Position numbers and translations under genes: made by a program. Below are positions 21,059 to 33,300 of a stretch of 64,000 bases of DNA, one piece after another. Positions within the stretch are counted from its first letter, which is position 1. Each line of letters opens with the position of its first letter. The stretch spans positions 7,564,001 through 7,628,000 of the forward strand of contig OZ024741.1 of NCBI GenBank assembly GCA_964016885.1, in the 5' to 3' direction. The DNA is from Eledone cirrhosa (lineage: Eukaryota). The notes beneath the pieces are model-generated. The model saw only the letters and a list, made by a program, of their open reading frames with translations. It did not search any database and was not told the origin of the DNA.

Positions 21059-24000
21059 TCCTCCGCAATCGTTGCAAATCCCCCAAGAGCGATCCGCCGG
21101 CCACGGGTCGGCTGCGGAACCGCCTAGACGGCGGGTTGGCTTCGGTCCCGCTGTCGATGCGGGACCTAGAATGGCTAGAGAGATAGAAGGCGGCGTGTCC
21201 TCGGCGAAGCTACACCACTTCGCCGTTCGGGCGTCGTCGTCGGCTGGATTCCCCTGCAGCCACCACGGGTCGGACGCGGCCGACTCGGCACGCATCAACG
21301 GCGGAACGTTTACCGGGTACGAGGCGGAAGGCGGAAGGCGTCGTGTCGCGTGTACACGCCGTCTTGCCGCATCTCTTTCCAGGCAGCTACTCGCAAACGT
21401 ACGGGTCGGCAGCGGCGGAACCGCCTAGCCGGCGGATTCGATTACTTTCCGCCGTCTACACGGGGCCTCCCGGAAGGAAGCTAGTTGGCGGCGTGTTGTC
21501 GTCGCGTCGACCAAGCTACTCCACGCTGCCGTTCGGGCGTCGTCATCGACGGCTGGATTCCCCTGCAGCCATACGGGTCGGAGGTGGCCAACTGGGCACG
21601 CCCCTTAAAGGCGGAACACGCATCGGAGGCGGTGGGCGGGCGTTAACGTGCAGGCGGGGCGGGAACGAGTTCTGGACGGCATGTCGTTCGAAACGGAGAC
21701 ATCCGACATCGCATAGGGTAAGCCGGCACGTACCCGTCTTTAAAACGGAATATTCACGACTCTCAACGGGTAGCACCCGGAATCGTTTTCTTCGAGCTCG
21801 TCCGATCAAGCTTACCATATATAATAGACAGGACCCCCTGGCCGTGCTGCAAAACCCCTACTCGGTGGTATTCCCCGCAGGCGTTTCGCAACCCTACGGG
21901 TCGGCGGCGGATCCGCCTCGCCGGCGGGTTGCGAACTTTCTCGCGGTCGAAGCGGGAAGGCGTGAACGAATAAAGGAACGTTTGCCGGGTTCGAGGCGGA
22001 AGACGGAAGGCGTCGTGTCGCGTCGCGGAACTTTGCGTATACACGCCGTCTTGCCGCCTGTTTTTCCCGGCAGCTACTCGTAAAAGTACGGGTCGGCGGC
22101 GGAACCGCCTAGCCGGCGGATTGGATTTCTTTCCGCGATCGAAGCGGGAAGGCGTGGACGAATAAAGGAACGTTTGCCGGGTTCGAGGCGGAAGACGGAA
22201 GGCGTCGTGTCGCGTCGGGGAACTTCGCCTCGCTTCGCGTATACACGCCGTCTTGCCGCCTGTCTTTCCCGGCAGCTACTCGTAAAAGTACGGGTCGGCG
22301 GCGGAACCGCCTAGCCGGCGGAATGGATTTCTTTCCGCCATCTACACGGGGCCTCCCCGAAGCAAGCTAGCTGGCGGCGAGTCGTCGTCGCGTCGACCAA
22401 GCCACAACACGCCGCCGTCCGAGCGTCGACATCGGCTGGATTCCCCTGCAGCCACACGGGTCGGAGGCGGCCAACTTGGCACGCCTTAACGGCGGAACAC
22501 GCATCGGAGGCGGAATACGGAGCGGAGGCGGAGGGCGGGCGTTAACGTGCAGGCGGGGCGGACGAGTTCTAGACGGCATGTCGTTCGAGGCGGAGACATC
22601 CGACATAGCATAGGGTAAGCCGGCACGTACCCGTCTTGAAAACTGAATATTCACGACTCTCAACGGGTAGCACCCGGAATCGTTTCCTTCGAGCTCGTCC
22701 GATCAAGCTCACCCTATATAATAGACAGGACCCCCTGGCCGTGCTGCAAAGGCCCTAGACGGTCTTATTCCCCGCTGCCGACCCGTAAGCCTACGGGTCG
22801 GCGGCGGAACTGCCTCGACGGCGGATTGATTACTTTCTCGCGATCGAAGCGGGAAGGCGTGGACGAATAAAGGAACGTTTGCCGGGTTCGAGGCGGAAGA
22901 CGGAAGCGTCGTGTCGCGTCGCGTAACTTCGCATCACGTCGCGTATACACGCCGTCTTGCCGTCTGTCTTTCCCGGCAACTACTCGTAAAAGTACGGGTC
23001 GGCAGCGGAACCGCCTAGCCGGCGGATTGGATTTCTCTCCGCGATCGAAGCGAGAAGGCGTGGACGAATAAAGGAACGTTTGCCGGGTTCGAGGCGGAAG
23101 ACGGAAGGCGTCGTGTCGCGTCGGGGAACTTCGCCTCGCTTCGCGTATACACGCCGCCGTCTTGCCGTCTGTCTTTCCCGGCAGCTACTCGTAAAAGTAC
23201 GGGTCGTAGGCGGAACCGCCTAGCCGGCGGATTGGATTTCTCTCCGCGATCGAAGCGGGAAAGCGTGGACGAATAAAGGAACGTTTGCCGGGTTCGAGGC
23301 GGAAAACGGAAGGCGTCGTATCGCGTCGGGGAACTTCGCCTCGCTTCGCGTATACACGCCGTCTTGTCGTCTGTCTTTCCCGGCAGCTACTCGTAAAAGT
23401 ACGGGTCGGAGGCGGAACCGCCTAGACGGCGGATTGGATTTCTTTCCGCGATCGAAGCGGGAAGGCGTGGACGAATAAAGGAACGTTTGCCGGGTTCGAG
23501 GCGGAAGACGGAAGGCGTCGTGTCGCGTCGTGGAACTTCGCCTCGCTTCGCGTATACACGCCGTCTTGCCGTCTGTCTTTCCCGGCAGCTACTTGTAAAA
23601 GTACGGGTCGGATGCGTAACCGCCTAGACGGCGGATTGATTACTTTCTCGCGATCGAAGCGGGAAGGCGTGGACGAATGAAGGAACGTTTGCCGGGTTGG
23701 AGGCGGAAGACGGAGGGCGTCGTGTCGCGTCGGGGAACTTCGCCTCGCTTCGCGTATACACGCCGTCTTGCCGCCTGTCTTTCCCGGCAGCTACTCGTAA
23801 ACGTACGGGTCGGCAGCGGAACCGCCTAGCCGGCGGAATGGTTTTCTTTCCGCCGTCTACACGGGGCCTCCCCGAACGAAGCTAGCTGGCGGCGTGTTGT
23901 CGTCGCGTCGACCAAGTCACAACACGCCGCCGTCCGGGCGTCGTCATCGGCTGGATTCCCCTGCAGCCACACGGGTCGGAGGCGGCCAACTGGGCAAGCC

Positions 24001-25330
24001 TTAACGGCGGAACACGCATCGGAGGCGGAAGGCGGAGCGCGGGCGTTAACGTGCAGGCGGGGCGGACGAGTTCTGGACGGCATGTCGTTCGATGCGGAGA
24101 CATCCGACATAGCATAGGGTAAGCCGGCACGTACCCGTCTTGAAAACGGAATATTCACGACTCTCAACGGGTAGCACCCGGAATCGTTTTCTTCGAGCTC
24201 GTCCGATCAAGCTTACCCTATATAATAGACAGGACCCCCTGGCCGTGCTGCATCCTCCGCAATCATTGCTAATCCCCCAAGGGCGACCCGCCGGCCACGG
24301 GTCGGCTGCGGAACCGCCTAGACGGCGGGTTGGCTTCGGTCCCGCTGTCGATGCGGGACCTAGAATGGCTAGAGAGATAGAAGGCGGCGTGTCGTCGGCG
24401 AAGCTACACCACTTCACCGTTCGGCTGGATTCCCCTGCAGCCACCACGGGTCGGACGCGGCCGACTCGGCACGCATCAACGGCGGAACGTTTACCGGGTA
24501 CGAGGCGGAAGGCGTCGTGTCGCGTGTACACGCCGTCTTGCCGCCTGTCTTTCCCGGCAGCTACTCGTAAAAATACGGGTCGGCGGCGGAACCGCCTAGC
24601 CGGCGGAATGGATTTCTTTCCGCCGTCTACACGGCGCCTCCCCGAAGGAAGCAAGTTGGCGGCGTGTTGTCGTCGCGTCGACCAAGCTACAACACGCCGC
24701 CGTCCGGGCGTCGACATCGGCTGGATTCCTCTGCAGCCACACGGGTCGGAGGCGGCCAACTGGAAACGCCGTAACGGCGGAACACGCATCGGAGGCGGAA
24801 GATGGAGCGGAGGCGGAGGGCGGGCGTTAACGTGCAGGCGGCGCGGACGAGTTCTAGACGGCATGTCGTTCGAGGCGGAAACATCCGACATAGCATAGGG
24901 TAAGCCGTCACGTACCCGTCTTGAAAACGGAATATTCACGACTCTCAACGGGTAGCACCCGGAATCGTTTTCTTCGAGCTCGTCCGATCAAGCTTACCCT
25001 ATATAATAGACAGGACCCCCTGGCCGTGCTGCAAAGGCCCTAGACGGTCGTATTCCCCGCTGCCGACCCGTAAGCCTACGGGTCGGCGGCGGAACCGCCT
25101 CGACGGCGGATTGATTACTTTCTCGCGATCGAAGCGGGAAGGCGTGGACGAATAAAGGAACGTTTGCCGGGTTCGAGGCGGAAGACGGAGGCGTCGTGTC
25201 GCGTCGCGTAACTTCGCCTCGCGTCGCGTATACACGCCGTCTTTGCCGCCTGTCTTTCCTGGCAGCTACTCGTAAAAGTACGGGTCGGCAGCGGAACCGC
25301 CTAGTCGGCGGATTGGATTTCTTTCCGCCG
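21059..25330 (-). repeat. IGS: four duplicated spacer promoters (about 21812, 22711, 24213, 24994) and about 200-bp GC-rich subrepeats
   Basis: TATATAATAGACAGGACCCCCTGGCCGTGCTGCA is repeated. Units of about 201-205 bp start near 22840, 23041, 23246, 23448 and 23650. Confidence 0.85.
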
Positions 25331-25960
25331 GCTACACGTAAAACATAACTTGGAAGACGGTCGACGAATGTGCGGCTTGTATCACACACAGACAAACACA
25401 CCATCGGCTACACGTAAAACATAACTTGGAAGACGGACGGCTTGTATCACACACAGACACACACACAAAACAGAATCCGCCTGCTACACGTAAAACATAA
25501 CTAACCAACTCGGACGACGGATGGGCGGCTTGTATCACACACAGACACACACACAAAACAGAATCCGCCTGCTACACGTAAAACATAACTAACCAACTCA
25601 GACGACGGATGGGCGGCTTGTATCACACACAGACACACACACAAAACAGAATCTGCCTGCTACACGTAAAACATAACTAACCAACTCGGACGACGGATGG
25701 GCGGCTTGTATCACACACAGACACACACACAAAACAGAATCTGCCTGCTACACGTCAAACATAACTAACCAACTCGGACGACGGATGGGCGGCTTGTATC
25801 ACACACAGACACACACACAAAACAGAATCCGCCTGCTACACGTAAAACATAACTAACCAACTCGGACGACGGATGGTTGGCTTGTATCACACACAGACAC
25901 ACACACAAAACAGAATCCGCCTGCTACACGTAAAACATAACTTGGAAGACGGATGGGCGG
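25330..25960. repeat. IGS 88-bp tandem subrepeats
   Basis: ACACGTAAAACATAACTAACCAACTCGGACGACGGATGGGCGGCTTGTATCACAC... at about 25486, 25574, 25662, 25750, 25838 and 25926. Confidence 0.9.
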
Positions 25961-26432
25961 CGGCTGCGACTATGTGTAACACACGCAAAACTAACCAACT
26001 CGGAAGACGGATCGGCGGCACTCGAACCAAGGCTGTGTCGCATTCACCGCGAACTCTCTCTCTATTTTCGATGCTAATCGACTTTGAGGGTCGTTGACGC
26101 AACCAGGCAAACGAGCGGCGAGCGAGCGAAATCGTCGTAAAAGTTGGCGCGCGGAAAGTGGTTGGTGGTTTGCAGTAGCAGCGGCGGAACTGTTAAAAGA
26201 ACGAACCTAACAATTGGCGGCGGCTAAGGCCCGCACGGAGCGGACTTGCTTGTATGTCGTCGTCGTCGTCGTTGTTGCTGCTACGCTAACCCGTCGAAAG
26301 AAAGCCGCGTCATTGCTCCAACCCGGTAGCTGCTATCTCTCGTTCGTTCCTTCGTTCCTTCCTTCCTTCCTTCCTTAGCCGCTTTCCAATTTCTTCTTCC
26401 TTTTTTTTGTCTGCCGCCGCCGCCTCGGTGGG

Positions 26433-26980
26433 CGGATCGTGTCGTTCGTGAGAAGAGACTCAATAGATCGCAGTGTGGTAGCTGCTCTACTAAGCACGTC
26501 ACTCCGAACGGCAAGTCGAGTCGTATACAAGCGATCCTTTTCGTCTCGATCTCTTTCGACAAATCGAACGGACGACGACGACGACGAATCGTCGTAATCG
26601 TCACAGAATGGCAATTCCGCTGACGCTGCCGCCGACGACGACGCGCACCCCGAAAAGGGAAGCGACTTCGCCGAACGGACGGCAATCGCCAAACTAAGGC
26701 ATGCGCCTTAAGAAGGTTGAGACGCTTTCTAAAAACAACTCGGGTCCGGCTACGGTTCCGGCTTATAGGTGTTCAGCCGTTATCGCTCAGAGGCAGCCTG
26801 GCACCACCGCTCTATCGAGCGAGCGCGCAAACCGTTGCTCTGATCCCGCGGTTCCTCTCGTACTGGACGGGATAGCCGTAGCCGAGTTGACGTTGCCGGC
26901 GGCGACACCGACCGCAGCCGCCTTCGAGAAGGTGGCTGCAGACGCCACCGCCGCCGCCTACACGCAATGCATCGGTAGGA

Positions 26981-27027
<47 letters not shown>

Positions 27028-27069
27028 GTTAGTGGGTGAACAATCCAACGCTTTGCGAATTCTGCTTCG

Positions 27070-27107
<38 letters not shown>

Positions 27108-27114
27108 GACGTCG
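26433..27114 (-). rRNA. 28S rRNA: 28S 3' fragment of a second, internally deleted rDNA unit (includes the true 3' end)
   Basis: 26504-27114 repeats 9489-10099 with about 3 substitutions. It continues through GAGCAGCTACCACACTGCGATCTATTGAG, the LSU 3'-terminal motif. Confidence 0.9.
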
Positions 27115-28014
27115 TTTGCCGGGTTCTAGGCGGAAGACGGAAGGCGTCGTGTCGCGTCGCGTAACTTCGCCTCGCGTCGCGTATACACGCCGTATTACCG
27201 TCTGTCTTTCCCGGCAGCTACTCGTAAAAGTACGGGTCGGAGGCGGAACCGCCTAGCCGGCGGATTGGATTTATTTCCGCCGTCTACACGTAAAACATAA
27301 CTTGGAAGAAGACGGACGACGGATGGGCGGCTTGTATCACACACAGACACACACACCACACAGAGGAGGCCGGCTACACGTAAAACATAACTTGGAAGAC
27401 GGACGACGGATGGGCGGTTTGTATCACACACAGACACACACACCACACAGAGGCCGCCGGCTACACGTAAAACATAACTTGGAAGACGGACGACGGATGG
27501 GCGGCGGCTACGTGTAACACACAGAAATACGCAAAACTAACCAACTCGGAAGACGGATCGGCGGCACTCGAACCAAGGCTGTGTCGCATTCACCGTGAAT
27601 TCTCTCTCTATTTTCGATGCTAATCGACTTTGAGGGTCGTTGGCGCAACCTGGCAAACGAGCGGCGAGCGAGATCGTCGTAAAAGTTGGCGCGCGGAAAG
27701 TGGTTGGTGGTTTGCAGTAGCAGCGGCGGAACTGTTAAAAGAACGAACCTAACAATTGGCGGCGGCTAAGGCCCGCACGGACGGACGGAGCGGACTTGTT
27801 TGTATGTCGCCGTCGTCGTCGTTGTTGCTACGCTAACCCGTCGAAAGATGCCGCGTCATTGCTCCAACCCGGTAGCTGCTGCTGCTATCTCTCGTTCGTT
27901 CGTTCCTTAGCCGCTTTCGAATTTCTTCTTTTTTTTTGTTATTTTGCCTGCCGCCTCGGTGGGCGGATCGTGTCGTTCGTGAGAAGAGACTCAATAGATC
28001 GCAGTGTGGTAGCT
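27115..28014 (-). other. Second 3'ETS/IGS segment plus the terminal about 50 nt of 28S (about 27963-28014)
   Basis: Paralogous to 25160-26483, with fewer and variant 88-bp repeats. Confidence 0.85.
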
Positions 28015-30026
28015 CCGAACTCCTCGAAGCAGTCTACTGCAATTGGCAGCAGAACGGGAGAATTCCTTGTTCTGTAGCCAAGGGCGTAGTCTCGCTGGTG
28101 AGGAAGGATGAGAACAAGGGGGATAGTATAAATAATTTTCGGCCCATAACCCTGCTAAACACAGAGTTAAAGATTTTGGCCAAGGTGTTAGCAAAGAGGT
28201 TGGCGCTTGTCGTGGGTGGCCTGGTGGGAGATGCGCAGACATGTGCTATCCCATCCAGGTCCATTCACGACAACCTCCACCTCCTGCGATACATCATAGA
28301 GAGGGTTGGCAACAAACCCGGCTTCGGTGAGGCCCTGATCAACTTGGATCAGTCTAAGGCGTTCGATAGGGTCGACCATGGTTACCTGGATGCGGTGCTA
28401 GCGGCGGCTGGGTTCGGTCCTGTTTTCAGAGGCTGGATCACTGCCTTACATAGCAACCACATCTGTTCTAGGATCAAGGTGAACGGCTATCTTTCGAAGC
28501 CGTTCGAAATCACACGATCCATTCGACAGGGGTGCCCTCTCTCCTCCCTTCTGTACGTATTGACTCTCGAGCCTTTACTGAGGAAGTTGGAGTTGTTGCA
28601 GGGTATCCCTCTGGAACCAGGATAGAGCAAAGCGGTGTCGGCCTACGCCGATGACGTAACAGTAATGGTATCGACCGACTCGGAGATCGAGGCGATCGGT
28701 ACCTTACTGGCGGAATACGAAAGGTTGTCAGGAGCAAAACTGAACCGGGAAAAATCCATCGGGCTGCAACTCGGAACGTGGAGAGGCAGACCGATGCCTC
28801 CCGACGGTGTCGTCGGACACTGGACGGAGGGCCCGGTGAAGTTGCTTGGGGTCTGGTTTGGACCGGACCTCCAGGTGGAACAGAACTGGGGAGAGGTTAC
28901 GAACAAGGTGTTTGCACTAACCCAGAAATGGGCCAAGTGTAAGCTGTCCCTAAAAGGTCGGGCGGCGGTGGCGAACATTTACATAGCGTCCGTCACTTAC
29001 TACCGCCTGACTGTCGTGCCTTGCCCTAAGGAAACACTCACCACCATGGAACGCATGCTCTTTCAATTTCTTTGGAAGAAGCGCCCTCCTATGGTGAGAA
29101 GATCCATCTGCTGCCAACAACCTTCGAAAGGAGGGCTGGGGATGCCGTGGTTGATGATGCGTAGGTACGCATTAAGGCTACGGCACCTACAGGTATTCCT
29201 CACTGGTCAACCGGTGTGGGCTCCGTTCGTGAAACGAGCCTTTCCGAGACTCGTCTCGCTCACCGAGCTGCAGTCCTGGGTCAAGCAAAGATCCGGAAAA
29301 CTGGGAGACTAGCACACTGAGTGTGCCCAGGCGCTCAGGGCTCTCTGGCAAGCGGACCCGGCCATCGGTGGAGAATCCACCTCGTCATTCTATAGAGGGC
29401 TGGTGGCTAGCAGGGGCGTTGACACCCTTGGAGAGTCGCTGGACATGGAGGAGGACGAACTGGCCAGCCTGTTCGGTAGGACTTTCGGCCCGGGACCAAT
29501 GGACAACTTCCAGAAGTCACTAGCCTGGCAGTGCTACCGGGGGGCTCTACCCGGTCGAGAAAAGCTCTACAGACACGGGCGCTCGGGCAGGGATCCCTCG
29601 AAAAAGATTTGCCCTAGATGCGTGCGTCACGAAGAAACCGTTGCGCACGCATTGGTTCACTGTCCGGGCGTGGCTGATCTGTGGGGCTACGCCGAACGAC
29701 TGCTGTCGCGGGTGGCGCCGATTCGATTGACCGCCGAGTCCGTGATGACAATCAAACCGCCTCCCCTCTTCACAAAGGAAGCAAAGGCGGTTTTTCTGTG
29801 CGTAATAGCCATGTTGAAAGAGGTTATTTGGTGGACACGATTGAAAGGTCTGAGGTCAGGCAACTTCCTCTCTGGCCATAGTCTGGTCTACTTCTTCCGA
29901 TATCATTTCGGAAGAAGGATAAGAATGGAGAGAGAGGTGCTTGGCCACAGGCAGTTTTATGAAAGGTGGGTGATAGTGGCGAGAATGGCTCGTATAAATG
30001 GGCCTTCTCTGTATACCATCCTGTAG
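28015..30026 (+). pseudogene. Tx1 copy A ORF2 C-terminal half (reverse transcriptase and C-terminal zinc finger), with two in-frame stops
   Basis: Motifs FRPITLLN, LDQSKAFDRVDH, RQGCPLS, AYADD, GGLG and CPRC...HALVHC. Confidence 0.92.
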
Positions 30027-30239
30027 GTAAAGAAGTGAAGGAGAGGGGAGCACCTTCTCCATGTGCTCCCTGGGCAAAGGATTGCACATTTTTCGGGGGT
30101 GTGTGCAACCCCCATCACGTCCCCTCCCTTTTGAGGTTGTTTTTGATTATTTTCATTTTATACCCTTTTTACTCGGTTTTATGTAAACTCCCCCTTTGTA
30201 TTTGTCCCTTCTTTTTATACCTTTATGGTAAATAAAGAA

Positions 30240-30240
<1 letters not shown>

Positions 30241-30312
<72 letters not shown>
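30241..30312. repeat. (TCTA)n tail/target between Tx1 copies A and B
   Basis: Pure tetranucleotide run. Confidence 0.95.
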
Positions 30313-33300
30313 ACTCGGTTAGTCTGGACCTGCGCTGGTAAGTTTTTTTTTGTAAATTGCACATACAAAAAACCGGAATTTTTGTTTAAAAATTATATTG
30401 TTTCGTAGATTAACCGCCAGGCTGAATTGTCAACTGGGCGGCAATGTCATTTTTCGCCCCACGGGGGCGGAAATTTTATTTGAAAAAGTAAAAAAAAAAA
30501 AAATATTATTTGGCTATCGACAATGGCTAGCTCAGAAGGAACGCTAGTCTCCGCTGAAGAAAGTAGAGAGAGAAAGGCAGAAATTAACGTTGCCACTACG
30601 CCTGCCTGCATAGGCGTCACTATGGTGACAAATAGTGACAACACAGTTTTGTTTCTCCAAGAAGGCGAAAAAAGCAACTTACAAGATGGACCACACAGCA
30701 TAGAACAGACATCAAAAACCACAAATAATGAAACAATTTCCACAACTAAAAACCAAAAAAGTGACAACAACAACAACAACACCAAAAAAAATCTTTTGCA
30801 CAAACAGTAATAAACAAACAAGATTTCAAAAATCTTGATATCTCCAATACGATGGATGTGCTTAGTGAAGCAAATAAATTTGTAACTTTCGAGGAGAAGG
30901 GTGGGTTTAAAATAAACTCCCCCTCCCCCGAAATCCGACTTGAAACACTTCGAAGGACGGTTACCTGCAGAACTGTTTCAAATGATACAAGAAAGTCGGC
31001 ATTCCTCAGTCAAGGGGAAATAGAAACGACACTGAAGGAGGTTTTGCCGGATATAGATTTTATGCAGAGGGCCAGACAGCATGGAAGCATTTCGGTGCTC
31101 CTCAAAAGCAAGGCCCTCGCACAGAAATATTCTGTAACGCCAGTGACTGCTACTAAATACACCTTTTCCCCTACTTACTTGGGAAAAAGGACCCAAAAGA
31201 TAAAAATATCAAATATACTACCAAATATTAATATTTGGTGGATTTGGGCAGGATTTTTAGAGGAGGGAGAGGACACCATCATTTCCATCAAAAAATAAAC
31301 CAGACACATGTGGTCTGGTACACATTTGGAGGTTTTGGTGAAAATGAGGCCGGAGAGAATCTCCAAGATTCCGGAATGAGTACTGGTGGATAATAACAGC
31401 CACATCAACATTTACACTGAATTAAGCAGACCACACTGCTTTCGATGTGCCAGCACATCGCCTTTAAAGGCCTCCTGCCCTTTACAGACAAACTTCAAAA
31501 AACAAGCCCCAAAAATACTCTTACCAACACCAACACCAACACCACCACAACAACAACACCACACAAAACAAGCAGACACACCAAAACAAACAACCACTCA
31601 ACTAACAATAACAAAAAAAACAGACAACTCCCCTGAAGAACACAATCCCACCCCATTCCACTCCATCCAACACTACCACAAACACACACACAAAAACACC
31701 ATCACCACACAACATACCCTACCCGCACACTCCTGATGACGATTACTCATCAACAGACGAAGCTACTTCTCTATCCCCAAGCGAGGATGAAGAAGAGCCT
31801 CGGAAATAAAAAAAAAACAAAAAAAGAAACACCGCAAAGCCACAAAACCACCAATCACCAACACAAACACACAACTACCGACACAAACAACAACACAAAC
31901 AACACCACAATCAAACCTCCCCCTACCAGCAAAACAAACACCAACATCCCCCCAAACACAAATAAACAACAAACAAAAACAACACAACAAAAACACAAAC
32001 AACAGTACGCATACATCAACACCAACAACAAAAACTTGATGGAGGTCATCTCCCAAAACTCCAAGGTGGAGACCGAGAGCAAAACCTTCGTAAAATCGGA
32101 ATCGGCATCATACCTGAAACTAATAAGACATCCTATGGAAACTTACAACAAACTAAAAAGCGAATTTTCGCAGGACGTCGGCAACCCCTGTCAAAAACCC
32201 ATAAACCGCGTCCTATTAAACTGTTTCTCCACCCCACCCCACACCCACACCAGCCCCCCAAATGGAGATTGAACAACCCGATCTCCAGGAAACGAAAAGG
32301 TAAGTGCACCTTTTAGTCCTTTTCGCCGACTCTTCTCCACCAACATGGCTAATCTACGAGTTGGAAGCGTGAATGTACGTGGCCTTGGGATGCCCTGGAA
32401 ACTGGGCCAACTTTAAACGACCTTAGGTCACACGGTATGGATGTGATAGCTATCACCGAGTCCAGGATCCACAACAGGCAACAACTAACCCCTATCTCCA
32501 ATGACTTTAAGATCTACGCATCTCTCTGTCAGCTAGGAGGTGGAGGCGGAGTGGCTATCATGTTTCGGAAAAACCTGAACCTCGAAATACAGCAAATACA
32601 CTTGGACCCGGAGGGTAGACTGGTAGTTTTAGACGTGAACAGTGTTGGAGGTGGAGCCTTCAGACTGGTGGCCGTTTATGCCCCGACTGGGCAATCGCGG
32701 TCAGACTTCTTTAAGCGTCTAAAGTTTTTTCTGGGAACGTCTCGCTCCTTGCTTTTAGTGGGGGACTGGAATGGCATCCTAGACGCACGATGGGACTATG
32801 TAGGAACATGTCCCAGTAGATGGGCGGGGGGTGCAACAGCCTCATCAATTTAATCGGCCAATTCCAACTAGCCGATAGGTATCGACTAGACTTCCCAACT
32901 GCACCACAGTGGACGTGGACAAATCGTAGCGGGACATCTAGATCGTATTTAGATAGGTTCTTTATTAGAGAAAGAGACAAGATGTTAAGCTGTCCACAAA
33001 TGTACATGGTTACCTATTCAGACCACAAACTAGTCACCTGCATAGTCAACCATGATAGAACGCATAGACAAGGTCCCGGATACTGGAAGCTGAACATGAT
33101 GTTACCGACGCGTAAAGCCTACAGTGGACGGATAAGTAGATTAGTTAAGCAACAGTTGACGGGAGCCCCCGTCAACAATAGATGGTGGTACTCTCTCAAG
33201 AGAGCAATTAGACTAGAGTCGATAGCTTTTGGCAAAGAATTAGCCTTAGAGAAAAACAAGACAGAAAGAGAACTAGTAGCCAAGGTAAAGGAGGCGCTGA

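Larger units (their letters stand above)
5898..30240 (+). mobile_element. Tx1-clade non-LTR retrotransposon copy A (full length, defective), split by the rDNA block at 9489-28014
   Basis: Has a 5'UTR, ORF1 with a CCHC knuckle, ORF2 with APE, RT and zinc finger, and a 3'UTR ending AATAAAGAAA plus (TCTA)n. The two halves join colinearly with copy B. Confidence 0.9.

Noticed and set aside
9600-27900. Many Arg-rich 60-300-aa ORFs on both strands
   Set aside because: They overlap rRNA genes and GC-rich spacers and show no recognisable protein motifs.
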